From the human T2T-CHM13v2.0 reference genome, Homo sapiens, in NCBI RefSeq assembly GCF_009914755.1, contig NC_060940.1: 64,000 nt of DNA, one strand, 5' to 3'. Below, one piece after another: positions 24,001 through 38,600 of the stretch (its first letter is position 1; the number at the start of each line of letters is the position of its first letter). The position numbers and the translations under genes are program-made. A model generated the notes under the pieces. That model had not been told where the DNA came from and did no database searches. It was given only the letters and a program-made list of their open reading frames with translations.

Positions 24001-27000
24001 TAGACAGAGCAGATTTGAAAGTCTCTTTTTGTGGAATTTGCAAGTGGAGATTTCAAGCGCTTTGAGGCCAAAAGTAGAAAAGGAAATATTTTCCTATAAA
24101 AACTAGACAGAATCTTTCTCAGAAACTGCTCTGGGATGTGTGCGTTCAACTCACAGAGTTTAACTTTTCTTTTCATTCAGCAGTTTGGAAACACTCTGTT
24201 TGGAAAGTCTGCACGTGGATATTTTGACCTCTTTGAGGCCTTCGTTGGAAACGGGTTTTTTTCATGTAAGGCTAGACAGAAGAAATCTCAGTAACTTCCT
24301 TGTGTTGTGTGTATTCAACTGACAGAGTTGAACCTTCCTTTAGACAGAGCAGATTCGAAACACTCTTTTTCTGCAATTTGCAAGTGGAGACTTCAAGCGC
24401 TTTGAGGCCAAAGGCAGAAAAGGAAATATCTTCGTATAAAAACCCGACAGAATCATTCTCAGAAACTGCTCTGTGATGTGTGCGTTCAACTCACAGAGTT
24501 TAACTTTTCTTTTCATTCAGCAGTTTGGAAACACTCTGTTTGTAAAGTCTGCAAGTGGATATCTTGGCCTCCTAGAGGCCTTCGTTGGAAACGGGTTTTT
24601 TCATGTAAGGTTAGACAGAGGAATTCCCGGTAACTTCCTTGTGTTGTGTGCATTCAACTCACAGAGTTGAATGATTCTTTACACAGAGCAGATTTGAGAC
24701 ACTCTTTTGGTGGAATTTGTTAGTGGAGAATTCAGCCGCTTTGAGGTCAACGGTAGAAAAGGAAATATCTTCGTATAAAAACTAGACAGAATGATTCTCA
24801 GAAACTGTTTTGTGATGTGTGCGTTCAACTCACAGAGTTTAACCTTTCTTTTCAAAGAGCAGTTAGGAAACACTCTGTTTGTAAAGTCTGCAAGTGGATA
24901 TTCAGACCTCTTTGAGGCCTTCGTTGGAAACGGGATTTCTTCATATTATGCTAGACAGATGAATTCTCAGTAACTTCCTTGTGTTGTGTGTATTCAACTC
25001 ACAGAGTTGAACGATCCTTTACACAGAGCAGATTTGAAACACTGTTTTTCTGGAATTTGCAAGTGGAGATTTCAGCCGCTTTGAGGTCAATGGTAGAAAA
25101 AGAAATATCTTCGTATAAAAACTAGACAGAATGATTCTCAGAAACTCCTTTGTGATGTGTGCGTTCAACTCACAGAGTTTAACCTTTCTTTTCACAGAGC
25201 AGTTAGGAAACACTCTGTTTGTGAAGCCTGCCAGTGGATATTCGGACCTCTTTGAGGCCTTCGTTGGAAACGGGATTTCTTCATATTATGCTAGACAGAA
25301 GATTTCTCAGTAACTTCTTTGTGTTGTGTGTATGCAACTCACAGAGTTCAACCTTCCTTTAGACAGAGCAGATTTGAAACACTCTTTTTGTGGAATTTGC
25401 AAGTGGAGATTTCAAGCGCTTCGGTGCCAATGGTAGAAAAGGAAATATCTTCGTAGAAAAACAAGACAAACTCGTTCCCAGACACTGCGTAGTGATGTGT
25501 GTGTTTAACTCACAGAGTTTCACCTTTCTTTTCATACAGCATTCTGGAAACCCTCTGTTTGTAAAGTCTGCAAGTGGATATTTGGACCTCTTAGATGCCT
25601 TCGTTGGAAACGGGATTTCTTCATATAATGCTAGAGGGAAGAATTCTTAGTAACTTCTTTGTGTTGTGTGTATTCAACTGACAGAGTTGAACCTTCCTTT
25701 AGACAGAGCAGATTTGAAAGTCTCTTTTTGTGGAATTTGCAAGTGGAGATTTCAAGCGCTTTGAGGCCAAAAGCAGAAAAGGAAATATTTTCCTATAAAA
25801 ACTAGACAGAATCATTCTCAGAAACTGCTCTGTGATGTGTGTGTTCAACTCACAGAGTTTAACTTTCTTTTCATTCAGCAGTTTGGAAACACTCTGTTTG
25901 GAAAGTCTGCACGTGGATATTTTGACCTCTTTGTGGCCTTCGTTGGAAACGGTTTTTTTCATGTAAGGCTAGACAGAAGAAATCTCTGTAACTTCCTTGT
26001 GTTGTGTGTATTCAACTGACAGAGTTGAACCTTCCTTTAGACAGAGCAGATTCGAAACACTCTTTTTCTGCAATTTGCAAGTGGAGACTTCAAGCGCTTT
26101 GAGGCCAAAGGCAGAAAAGGAAATATCTTCGTATAAAAACCCGACAGAATCATTCTCAGAAACTGCTCTGTGATGTGTGCGTTCAACTCACAGAGTTTAA
26201 CTTTTCTTTTCATTCAGCAGTTTGGAAACACTCTGTTTGTAAAGTCTGCAAGTGGATATCTTGGCCTCTTAGAGGCCTTCGTTGGAAACGGGTTTTTTCA
26301 TGTAAGGTTAGACAGAGGAATTCCCAGTAACTTCCTTGTGTTGTGTGCATTCAACTCACAGAGGTGAATGATTCTTTACACAGAGCAGATTTGAGACACT
26401 CTTTTGGTGGAATTTGTTAGTGGAGAATTCAGCCGCTTTGAGGTCAACGGTAGAAAAGGAAATATCTTCGTATAAAAACTAGACAGAATGATTCTCAGAA
26501 ACTGTTTTGTGATGTGTGCGTTCAACTCACAGAGTTTAACCTTTCTTTTCAAAGAGCAGTTAGGAAACACTCTGTTTGTAAAGTCTGCAAGTGGATATTC
26601 AGACCTCTTTGAGGCCTTCGTTGGAAACGGGATTTCTTCATATTATGCTAGACAGATGAATTCTCAGTAACTTCCTTGTGTTGTGTGTATTCAACTCACA
26701 GAGTTGAACGATCCTTTACACAGAGCAGATTTGAAACACTGTTTTTCTGGAATTTGCAAGTGGAGATTTCAGCCGCTTTGAGGTCAATGGTAGAAAAAGA
26801 AATATCTTCGTATAAAAACTAGACAGAATGATTCTCAGAAACTCCTTTGTGATGTGTGCGTTCAACTCACAGAGTTTAACCTTTCTTTTCACAGAGCAGT
26901 TAGGAAACACTCTGTTTGTGAAGCCTGCCAGTGGATATTCGGACCTCTTTGAGGCCTTCGTTGGAAACGGGATTTCTTCATATTATGCTAGACAGAAGAT

Positions 27001-30000
27001 TTCTCAGTAACTTCTTTGTGTTGTGTGTATGCAACTCACAGAGTTCAACCTTCCTTTAGACAGAGCAGATTTGAAACACTCTTTTTGTGGAATTTGCAAG
27101 TGGAGATTTCAAGCGCTTCGATGCCAATGGTAGAAAAGGAAATATCTTCGTATAAAAACAAGACAAACTCGTTCCCAGACACTGCGTAGTGATGTGTGTG
27201 TTTAACTCACAGAGTTTCACCTTTCTTTTCATACAGCATTCTGGAAACCCTGTGTTTGTAAAGTCTGCAAGTGGACATTTGGACCTCTTAGATGCCTTCG
27301 TTGGAAACGGGATTTCTTCATATAATGCTAGAGGGAAGAATTCTTAGTAACTTCTTTGTGTTGTGTGTATTCAACTGACAGAGTTGAACCTTCCTTTAGA
27401 CAGAGCAGATTTGAAAGTCTCTTTTTGTGGAATTTGCAAGTGGAGATTTCAAGCGCTTTGAGGCCAAAAGCAGAAAAGGAAATATTTTCCTATAAAAACT
27501 AGACAGAATCTTTCTCAGAAACTGCTCTGGGATGTGTGCGTTCAACTCACAGAGTTTAACTTTTCTTTTCATTCAGCAGTTTGGAAACACTCTGTTTGGA
27601 AAGTCTGCACGTGGATATTTTGACCTCTTTGAGGCCTTCGTTGGAAACGGGTTTTTTTCATGTAACGCTAGACAGAAGAAATCTCAGTAACTTCCTTGTG
27701 TTGTGTGTATTCAACTGACAGAGTTGAACCTTCCTTTAGACAGAGCAGATTGGAAACACTCTTGTTCTGCAATTTGCAAGTGGAGACTTCAAGCGCTTTG
27801 AGGCCAAAGGCAGAAAAGGAAATATCTTCGTATAAAAACCCGACAGAATCATTCTCAGAAACTGCTCTGTGATGTGTGCGTTCAACTCACAGAGTTTAAC
27901 TTTTCTTTTCATTCAGCAGTTTGGAAACACTCTGTTTGTAAAGTCTGCAAGTGGATATCTTGGCCTCTTAGAGGCCTTCGTTGGAAACGGGTTTTTTCAT
28001 GTAAGGTTAGACAGAGGAATTCCCAGTAACTTCCTTGTGTTGTGTGCATTCAACTCACAGAGTTGAATGATTCTTTACACAGAGCAGATTTGAGACACTC
28101 TTTTGGTGGAATTTGTAAGTGGAGAATTCAGCCGCTTTGAGGTCAACGGTAGAAAAGGAAATATCTTCGTATAAAAACTAGACAGAATGATTCTCAGAAA
28201 CTGTTTTGTGATGTGTGCGTTCAACTCACAGAGTTTAACCTTTCTTTTCAAAGAGCAGTTAGGAAACACTCTGTTTGTAAAGTCTGCAAGTGGATATTCA
28301 GACCTCTTTGAGGCCTTCGTTGGAAACGGGATTTCTTCATATTATGCTAGACAGATGAATTCTCAGTAACTTCCTTGTGTTGTGTGTATTCAACTCACAG
28401 AGTTGAACGATCCTTTACACAGAGCAGATTTGAAACACTGTTTTTCTGGAATTTGCAAGTGGAGATTTCAGCCGCTTTGAGGTCAATGGTAGAAAAGGAA
28501 ATATCTTCGTATAAAAACTAGACAGAATGATTCTCAGAAACTCCTTTGTGATGTGTGCGTTCAACTCACAGAGTTTAACCTTTCTTTTCACAGAGCAGTT
28601 AGGAAACACTCTGTTTGTGAAGCCTGCCAGTGGATATTCGGACCTCTTTGAGGCCTTCGTTGGAAACGGGATTTCTTCATATTATGCTAGACAGAAGATT
28701 TCTCAGTAACTTCTTTGTGTTGTGTGTATGCAACTCACAGAGTTCAACCTTCCTTTAGACAGAGCAGATTTGAAACACTCTTTTTGTGGAATTTGCAAGT
28801 GGAGATTTCAAGCGCTTCGATGCCAATGGTAGAAAAGGAAATATCTTCGTAGAAAAACAAGACAAACTCGTTCCCAGACACTGCGTAGTGATGTGTGTGT
28901 TTAACTCACAGAGTTTCACCTTTCTTTTCATACAGCATTCTGGAAACCCTCTGTTTGTAAAGTCTGCAAGTGGATATTTGGACCTCTTAGATGCCTTCGT
29001 TGGAAACGGGATTTCTTCATATAATGCTAGAGGGAAGAATTCTTAGTAACTTCTTTGTGTTGTGTGTATTCAACTGACAGAGTTGAACCTTCCTTTAGAC
29101 AGAGCAGATTTGAAAGTCTCTTTTTGTGGAATTTGCAAGTGGAGATTTCAAGCGCTTTGAGGCCAAAAGTAGAAAAGGAAATATTTTCCTATAAAAACTA
29201 GACAGAATCATTCTCAGAAACTGCTCTGTGATGTGTGTGTTCAACTCACAGAGTTTAACTTTCTTTTCATTCAGCAGTTTGGAAACACTCTGTTTGGAAA
29301 GTCTGCACGTGGATATTTTGACCTCTTTGTGGCCTTCGTTGGAAACGGTTTTTTTCATGTAAGGCTAGACAGAAGAAATCTCAGTAACTTCCTTGTGTTG
29401 TGTGTATTCAACTGACAGAGTTGAACCTTCCTTTAGACAGAGCAGATTCGAAACACTCTTTTTCTGCAATTTGCAAGTGGAGACTTCAAGCGCTTTGAGG
29501 CCAAAGGCAGAAAAGGAAATATCTTCGTATAAAAACCCGACAGAATCATTCTCAGAAACTGCTCTGTGATGTGTGCGTTCAACTCACAGAGTTTAACTTT
29601 TCTTTTCATTCAGCAGTTTGGAAACACTCTGTTTGTAAAGTCTGCAAGTGGATATCTTGGCCTCTTAGAGGCCTTCGTTGGAAACGGGTTTTTTCATGTA
29701 AGGTTAGACAGAGGAATTCCCAGTAACTTCCTTGTGTTGTGTGCATTCAACTCACAGAGTTGAATGATTCTTTACACAGAGCAGATTTGAGACACTCTTT
29801 TGGTGGAATTTGTTAGTGGAGAATTCAGCCGCTTTGAGGTCAACGGTAGAAAAGGAAATATCTTCGTATAAAAACTAGACAGAATGATTCTCAGAAACTG
29901 TTTTGTGATGTGTGCGTTCAACTCACAGAGTTTAACCTTTCTTTTCAAAGAGCAGTTAGGAAACACTCTGTTTGTAAAGTCTGCAAGTGGATATTCAGAC

Positions 30001-31253
30001 CTCTTTGAGGCCTTCGTTGGAAACGGGATTTCTTCATATTATGCTAGACAGATGAATTCTCAGTAACTTCCTTGTGTTGTGTGTATTCAACTCACAGAGT
30101 TGAACGATCCTTTACACAGAGCAGATTTGAAACACTGTTTTTCTGGAATTTGCAAGTGGAGATTTCAGCCGCTTTGAGGTCAATGGTAGAAAAAGAAATA
30201 TCTTCGTATAAAAACTAGACAGAATGATTCTCAGAAACTCCTTTGTGATGTGTGCGTTCAACTCACAGAGTTTAACCTTTCTTTTCACAGAGCAGTTAGG
30301 AAACACTCTGTTTGTGAAGCCTGCCAGTGGATATTCGGACCTCTTTGAGGCCTTCGTTGGAAACGGGATTTCTTCATATTATGCTAGACAGAAGATTTCT
30401 CAGTAACTTCTTTGTGTTGTGTGTATGCAACTCACAGAGTTCAACCTTCCTTTAGACAGAGCAGATTTGAAACACTCTTTTTGTGGAATTTGCAAGTGGA
30501 GATTTCAAGCGCTTCGATGCCAATGGTAGAAAAGGAAATATCTTCGTAGAAAAACAAGACAAACTCGTTCCCAGACACTGCGTAGTGATGTGTGTGTTTA
30601 ACTCACAGAGTTTCACCTTTCTTTTCATACAGCATTCTGGAAACCCTCTGTTTGTAAAGTCTGCAAGTGGATATTTGGACCTCTTAGATGCCTTCGTTGG
30701 AAACGGGATTTCTTCATATAATGCTAGAGGGAAGAATTCTTAGTAACTTCTTTGTGTTGTGTGTATTCAACTGACAGAGTTGAACCTTCCTTTAGACAGA
30801 GCAGATTTGAAAGTCTCCTTTTGTGGAATTTGCAAGTGGAGATTTCAAGCGCTTTGAGGCCAAAAGCAGAAAAGGAAATATTTTCCTATAAAAACTAGAC
30901 AGAATCTTTCTCAGAAACTGCTCTGGGATGTGTGCGTTCAACTCACAGAGTTTAACTTTTCTTTTCATTCAGCAGTTTGGAAACACTCTGTTTGGAAAGT
31001 CTGCACGTGGATATTTTGACCTCTTTGAGGCCTTCGTTGGAAACAGGTTTTTTTCATGTAAGGCTAGACAGAAGAAATCTCAGTAACTTCCTTGTGTTGT
31101 GTGTATTCAACTGACAGAGTTGAACCTTCTTTTAGACAGAGCAGATTCGAAACACTCTTTTTCTGCAATTTGCAAGTGGAGACTTCAAGCGCTTTGAGGC
31201 CAAAGGCAGAAAAGGGAATAACTTCGTATAAAAACCCGACAGAATCATTCTCA
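21066..31253 (+). repeat. Three copies of a 3396-bp (1697 + 1699; 20-monomer) super-repeat
   Basis: Unit starts 21077, 22774, 24473, 26170, 27869, 29566, 31265 alternate 1697/1699. Variant ORFs recur at 22303, 25699, 29095. Confidence 0.9.
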
Positions 31254-32272
31254 GAAACTGCTCTGTGATGTGTGCGTTCAACTCACAGAGTTTAACTTTT
31301 CTTTTCATTCAGCAGTTTGGAAACACTCTGTTTGTAAAGTCTGCAAGTGGATATCTTGGCCTCTTAGAGGCCTTCGTTGGAAACGGGTTTTTTCATGTAA
31401 GGTTAGACAGAGGAATTCCCAGTAACTTCCTTGTGTTGTGTGCATTCAACTCACAGAGTTGAATGATTCTTTACACAGAGCAGATTTGAGAGACTCTTTT
31501 GGTGGAATTTGTTAGTGGAGAATTCAGCCGCTTTGAGGTCAACGGTAGAAAAGGAAATATCTTCGTATAAAAACTGGACAGAATGATTCTCAGAAACTGT
31601 TTTGTGATGTGTGCGTTCAACTCACAGAGTTTAACCTTTCTTTTCAAAGAGCAGTTAGGAAACACTCTGTTTGTAAAGTCTGCAAGTGGATATTCAGACC
31701 TCTTTGAGGCCTTCGTTGGAAACGGGATTTCTTCATATTATGCTAGACAGATGAATTCTCAGTAACTTCCTTGTGTTGTGTGTATTCAACTCACAGAGTT
31801 GAACGATCCTTTACACAGAGCAGATTTGAAACACTGTTTTTCTGGAATTTGCAAGTGGAGATTTCAGCCGCTTTGAGGTCAATGGTAGAAAAGGAAATAT
31901 CTTCGTATAAAAACTAGACAGAATGATTCTCAGAAACTCCTTTGTGATGTGTGCGTTCAACTCACAGAGTTTAACCTTTCTTTTCACAGAGCAGTTAGGA
32001 AACACTCTGTTTGTGAAGCCTGCCAGTGGATATTCGGACCTCTTTGAGGCCTTCGTTGGAAACGGGATTTCTTCATATTATGCTAGACAGAAGATTTCTC
32101 AGTAACTTCTTTGTGTTGTGTGTATGCAACTCACAGAGTTCAACCTTCCTTTAGACAGAGCAGATTTGAAACACTCTTTTTGTGGAATTTGCAAGTGGAG
32201 ATTTCAAGCGCTTTGAGGCCAAAAGCAGAAAAGGAAATATTTTCCTATAAAAACTAGACAGAATCTTTCTCA
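31254..32272 (+). repeat. 6-mer HOR variant (1019 bp)
   Basis: Spacing 31265 to 32284. Confidence 0.95.
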
Positions 32273-35200
32273 GAAACTGCTCTGTGATGTGTGCGTTCAA
32301 CTCACAGAGTTCAACTTTTCTTTTCATTCAGCAGTTTGGAAACACTCTGTTTGTAAAGTCTGCAAGTGGATATCTTGGCCTCTTAGAGGCCTTCGTTGGA
32401 AACGGGTTTTTTCATGTAAGGATAGACAGAGGAATTCCCAGTAACTTCCTTGTGTTGTGTGCATTCAACTCACAGAGTTGAATGATTCTTTACACAGAGC
32501 AGATTTGAGACACTCTTTTGGTGGAATTTGTAAGTGGAGAATTCAGCCGCTTTGAGGTCAATGGTAGAAAAGGAAATATCTTCGTATAAAAACTAGACAG
32601 AATGATTCTCAGAAACTGTTTTGTGATGTGTGCGTTCAACTCACAGAGTTTAACCTTTCTTTTCAAAGAGCAGTTAGGAAACACTCTGTTTGTAAAGTCT
32701 GCAAGTGGATATTCAGACCTCTTTGAGGCCTTCGTTGGAAACGGGATTTCTTCATATTATGCTAGACAGATGAATTCTCAGTAACTTCCTTGTGTTGTGT
32801 GTATTCAACTCACAGAGTTAAACGATCCTTTACACAGAGCCGATTTGAAACACTGTTTTTCTGGAATTTGCAAGTGGAGATTTCAGCTGCTTTGAGGTCA
32901 ATGGTAGAAAAGGAAATATCTTCGTATAAAAACTAGACAGAATGATTCTCAGAAACTCCTTTGTGATGTGTGCGTTCAACTCACAGAGTTTAACCTTTCT
33001 TTTCACAGAGCAGTTAGGAAACACTCTGTTTGTGAAGCCTGCCAGTGGATATTCGGACCTCTTTGAGGCCTTCGTTGGAAACGGGATTTCTTCATATTAT
33101 GCTAGACAGAAGATTTCTCAGTAACTTCTTTGTGTTGTGTGTATGCAACTCACAGAGTTCAACCTTCCTTTAGACAGAGCAGATTTGAAACACTCTTTTT
33201 GTGGAATTTGCATGTGGAGATTTCAAGCGCTTCGATGCCAATGGTAGAAAAGGAAATATCTTCGTATAAAAACAAGACAAACTCGTTCCCAGACACTGCG
33301 TAGTGATGTGTGTGTTTAACTCACAGAGTTTCACCTTTCTTTTCATACAGCATTCTGGAAACCCTGTGTTTGTAAAGTCTGCAAGTGGATATTTGGACCT
33401 CTTAGATGCCTTCGTTGGAAACGGGATTTCTTCATATAATGCTAGAGGGAAGAATTCTTAGTAACTTCTTTGTGTTGTGTGTATTCAACTGACAGAGTTG
33501 AACCTTCCTTTAGACAGAGCAGATTTGAAAGTCTCTTTTTGTGGAATTTGCAAGTGGAGATTTCAAGCGCTTTGAGGCCAAAAGCAGAAAAGGAAATATT
33601 TTCCTATAAAAACTAGACAGAATCTTTCTCAGAAACTGCTCTGGGATGTGTGCGTTCAACTCACAGAGTTTAACTTTTCTTTTCATTCAGCAGTTTGGAA
33701 ACACTCTGTTTGGAAAGTCTGCACGTGGATATTTTGACCTCTTTGAGGCCTACGTTGGAAACGGGTTTTTTTCATGTAAGGCTAGACAGAAGAAATCTCA
33801 GTAACTTCCTTGTGTTGTGTGTATTCAACTGACAGAGTTGAACCTTCTTTTAGACAGAGCAGATTCGAAACACTCTTTTTCTGCAATTTGCAAGTGGAGA
33901 CTTCAAGCGCTTTGAGGCCAAAGGCAGAAAAGGAAATATCTTCGTATAAAAACCCGACAGAATCATTCTCAGAAACTGCTCTGTGATGTGTGCGTTCAAC
34001 TCACAGAGTTTAACTTTTCTTTTCATTCAGCAGTTTGGAAACACTCTGTTTGTAAAGTCTGCAAGTGGATATCTTGGCCTCTTAGAGGTCTTCGTTGGAA
34101 ACGGGTTTTTTCATGTAAGGTTAGACAGAGGAATTCCCAGTAACTTCCTTGTGTTTTGTGCATTCAACTCACAGAGTTGAATGATTCTTTACACAGAGCA
34201 GATTTGAGACACTCTTTTGGTGGAATTTGTAAGTGGAGAATTCAGCTGCTTTGAGGTCAACGGTAGAAAAGGAAATATCTTCGTATAAAAACTAGACAGA
34301 ATGATTCTCAGAAACTGTTTTGTGATGTGTGCGTTCAACTCACAGAGTTTAACCTTTCTTTTCAAAGAGCAGTTAGGAAACACTCTGTTTGTAAAGTCTG
34401 CAAGTGGATATTCAGACCTCTTTGAGGCCTTCGTTGGAAACGGGATTTCTTCATATTATGCTAGACAGATGAATTCTCAGTAACTTCCTTGTGTTGTGTG
34501 TATTCAACTCACAGAGTTGAACGATCCTTTACACAGAGCAGATTTGAAACACTGTTTTTCTGGAATTTGCAAGTGGAGATTTCAGCCGCTTTGAGGTCAA
34601 TGGTAGAAAAGGAAATATCTTCGTATAAAAACTAGACAGAATGATTCTCAGAAACTCCTTTGTGATGTGTGCGTTCAACTCACAGAGTTTAACCTTTCTT
34701 TTCACAGAGCAGTTAGGAAACACTCTGTTTGTGAAGCCTGCCAGTGGATATTCGGACCTCTTTGAGGCCTTCGTTGGAAACGGGATTTCTTCATATTATG
34801 CTAGACAGAAGATTTCTCAGTAACTTCTTTGTGTTGTGTGTATGCAACTCACAGAGTTCAACCTTCCTTTAGACAGAGCAGATTTGAAACACTCTTTTTG
34901 TGGAATTTGCAAGTGGAGATTTCAAGCGCTTCGATGCCAATGGTAGAAAAGGAAATATCTTCGTATAAAAACAAGACAAACTCGTTCCCAGACACTGCGT
35001 AGTGATGTGTGTGTTTAACTCACAGAGTTTAACCTTTCTTTTCATACAGCATTCTGGAAACCCTCTGTTTGTAAAGTCTGCAAGTGGATATTTGGACCTC
35101 TTAGATGCCTTCGTTGGAAACGGGATTTCTTCATATAATGCTAGAGGGAAGAATTCTTAGTAACTTCTTTGTGTTGTGTGTATTCAACTGACAGAGTTGA

Positions 35201-35670
35201 ACCTTCCTTTAGACAGAGCAGATTTGAAAGTCTCTTTTTGTGGAATTTGCAAGTGGAGATTTCAAGCGCTTTGAGGCCAAAAGCAGAAAAGGAAATATTT
35301 TCCTATAAAAACTAGACAGAATCTTTCTCAGAAACTGCTCTGTGATGTGTGCGTTCAACTCACAGAGTTTAACTTTTCTTTTCATTCAGCAGTTTGGAAA
35401 CACTCTGTTTGGAAAGTCTGCACGTGGATATTTTGACCTCTTTGAGGCCTTCGTTGGAAACGGGTTTTTTTCATGTAACGCTAGACAGAAGAAATCTCAG
35501 TAACTTCCTTGTGTTGTGTGTATTCAACTGACAGAGTTGAACCTACCTTTAGACAGAGCAGATTCGAAACACTCTTTTTCTGCAATTTGCAAGTGGAGAC
35601 TTCAAGCGCTTTGAGGCCAAAGGCAGAAAAGGAAATATCTTCGTATAAAAACCCGACAGAATCATTCTCA

Positions 35671-38600
35671 GAAACTGCTCTGTGATGTGTGCGTTCAACT
35701 CACAGAGTTTAACTTTTCTTTTCATTCAGCAGTTTGGAAACACTCTGTTTGTAAAGTCTGCAAGTGGATATCTTGGCCTCTTAGAGGCCTTCGTTGGAAA
35801 TGGGTTTTTTCATGTAAGGTTAGACAGAGGAATTCCCAGTAACTTCCTTGTGTTGTGTGCATTCAACTCACAGAGTTGAATGATTCTTTACACAGAGCAG
35901 ATTTGAGACACTCTTTTGGTGGAATTTGTAAGTGGAGAATTCAGCTGCTTTGAGGTCAACGGTAGAAAAGGAAATATCTTCGTATAAAAACTAGACAGAA
36001 TGATTCTCAGAAACTGTTTTGTGATGTGTGCGTTCAACTCACAGAGTTTAACCTTTCTTTTCAAAGAGCAGTTAGGAAACACTCTGTTTGTAAAGTCTGC
36101 AAGTGGATATTCAGACCTCTTTGAGGCCTTCGTTGGAAACGGGATTTCTTCATATTATGCTAGACAGATGAATTCTCAGTAACTTCCTTGTGTTGTGTGT
36201 ATTCAACTCACAGAGTTGAACGATCCTTTACACAGAGCAGATTTGAAACACTGTTTTTCTGGAATTTGCAAGTGGAGATTTCAGCTGCTTTGAGGTCAAT
36301 GGTAGAAAAGGAAATATCTTCGTATAAAAACTAGACAGAATGATTCTCAGAAACTCCTTTGTGATGTGTGCGTTCAACTCACAGAGATTAACCTTTCTTT
36401 TCACAGAGCAGTTAGGAAACACTCTGTTTGTGAAGCCTGCCAGTGGATATTCGGACCTCTTTGAGGCCTTCGTTGGAAACGGGATTTCTTCATATTATGC
36501 TAGACAGAAGATTTCTCAGTAACTTCTTTGTGTTGTGTGTATGCAACTCACAGAGTTCAACCTTCCTTTAGACAGAGCAGATTTGAAACACTCTTTTTGT
36601 GGAATTTGCAAGTGGAGATTTCAAGCGCTTTGAGGCCAAAAGCAGAAAAGGAAATATTTTCCTATAAAAACTAGACAGAATCTTTCTCAGAAACTGCTCT
36701 GTGATGTGTGCGTTCAACTCACAGAGTTTAACTTTTCTTTTCATTCAGCAGTTTGGAAACACTCTGTTTGTTAAGTCTGCAAGTGGATATCTTGGCCTCT
36801 TAGAGGCCTTCGTTGGAAACGGGTTTTTTCATGTAAGGATAGACAGAGGAATTCCCAGTAACTTCCTTGTGTTGTGTGCATTCAACTCACAGAGTTGAAT
36901 GATTCTTTTCACAGAGCAGATTTGAGACACTCTTTTGGTGGAATTTGTAAGTGGAGAATTCAGCCGCTTTGAGGTCAACGGTAGAAAAGGAAATATCTTC
37001 GTATAAAAACTAGACAGAATGATTCTCAGAAACTGTTTTGTGATGTGTGCGTTCAACTCACAGAGTTTAACCTTTCTTTTCAAAGAGCAGTTAGGAAACA
37101 CTCTGTTTGTAAAGTCTGCAAGTGGATATTCAGACCTCTTTGAGGCCTTCGTTGGAAACGGGATTTCTTCATATTATGCTAGACAGATGAATTCTCAGTA
37201 ACTTCCTTGTGTTGTGTGTATTCAACTCACAGAGTTAAACGATCCTTTACACAGAGCAGATTTGAAACACTGTTTTTCTGGAATTTGCAAGTGGAGATTT
37301 CAGCCGCTTTGAGGTCAATGGTAGAAAAGGAAATATCTTCGTATAAAAACTAGACAGAATGATTCTCAGAAACTCCTTTGTGATGTGTGCGTTCAACTCA
37401 CAGAGTTTAACCTTTCTTTTCACAGAGCAGTTAGGAAACACTCTGTTTGTGAAGCCTGCCAGTGGATATTCGGACCTCTTTGAGGCCTTCGTTGGAAACG
37501 GGATTTCTTCATATTATGCTAGACAGAAGATTTCTCAGTAACTTCTTTGTGTTGTGTGTATGCAACTCACAGAGTTCAACCTTCCTTTAGACAGAGCAGA
37601 TTTGAAACACTCTTTTTGTGGAATTTGCAAGTGGAGATTTCAAGAGCTTCGATGCCAATGGTAGAAAAGGAAATATCTTCGTATAAAAACAAGACAAACT
37701 CGTTCCCAGACACTGCGTAGTGATGTGTGTGTTTAACTCACAGAGTTTAACCTTTCTTTTCATACAGCATTCTGGAAACCCTGTGTTTGTAAAGTCTGCA
37801 AGTGGATATTTGGACCTCTTAGATGCCTTCGTTGGAAACGGGATTTCTTCATATAATGCTAGAGGGAAGAATTCTTAGTAACTTCTTTGTGTTGTGTGTA
37901 TTCAACTGACAGAGTTGAACCTTCCTTTAGACAGAGCAGATTTGAAAGTCTCTTTTGGTGGAATTTGCAAGTGGAGATTTCAAGCGCTTTGAGGCCAAAA
38001 GCAGAAAAGGAAATATTTTCCTATAAAAACTAGACAGAATCTTTCTCAGAAACTGCTCTGGGATGTGTGCGTTCAACTCACAGAGTTTAACTTTTCTTTT
38101 CATTCAGCAGTATGGAAACACTCTGTTTGGAAAGTCTGCACGTGGATATTTTGACCTCTTTGAGGCCTTCGTTGGAAACGGGTTTTTTTCATGTAACGCT
38201 AGACAGAAGAAATCTCAGTAACTTCCTTGTGTTGTGTGTATTCAACTGACAGAGTTGAACCTTCCTTTAGACAGAGCAGATTCGAAACACTCTTTTTCTG
38301 CAATTTGCAAGTGGAGACTTCAAGCGCTTTGAGGCCAAAGGCAGAAAAGGAAATATCTTCGTATAAAAACCCGACAGAATCATTCTCAGAAACTGCTCTG
38401 TGATGTGTGCGTTCAACTCACAGAGTTTAACTTTTCTTTTCATTCAGCAGTTTGGAAACACTCTGTTTGTAAAGTCTGCAAGTGGATATCTTGGCCTCTT
38501 AGAGGCCTTCGTTGGAAATGGGTTTTTTCATGTAAGGTTAGACAGAGGAATTCCCAGTAACTTCCTTGTGTTGTGTGCATTCAACTCACAGAGTTGAATG

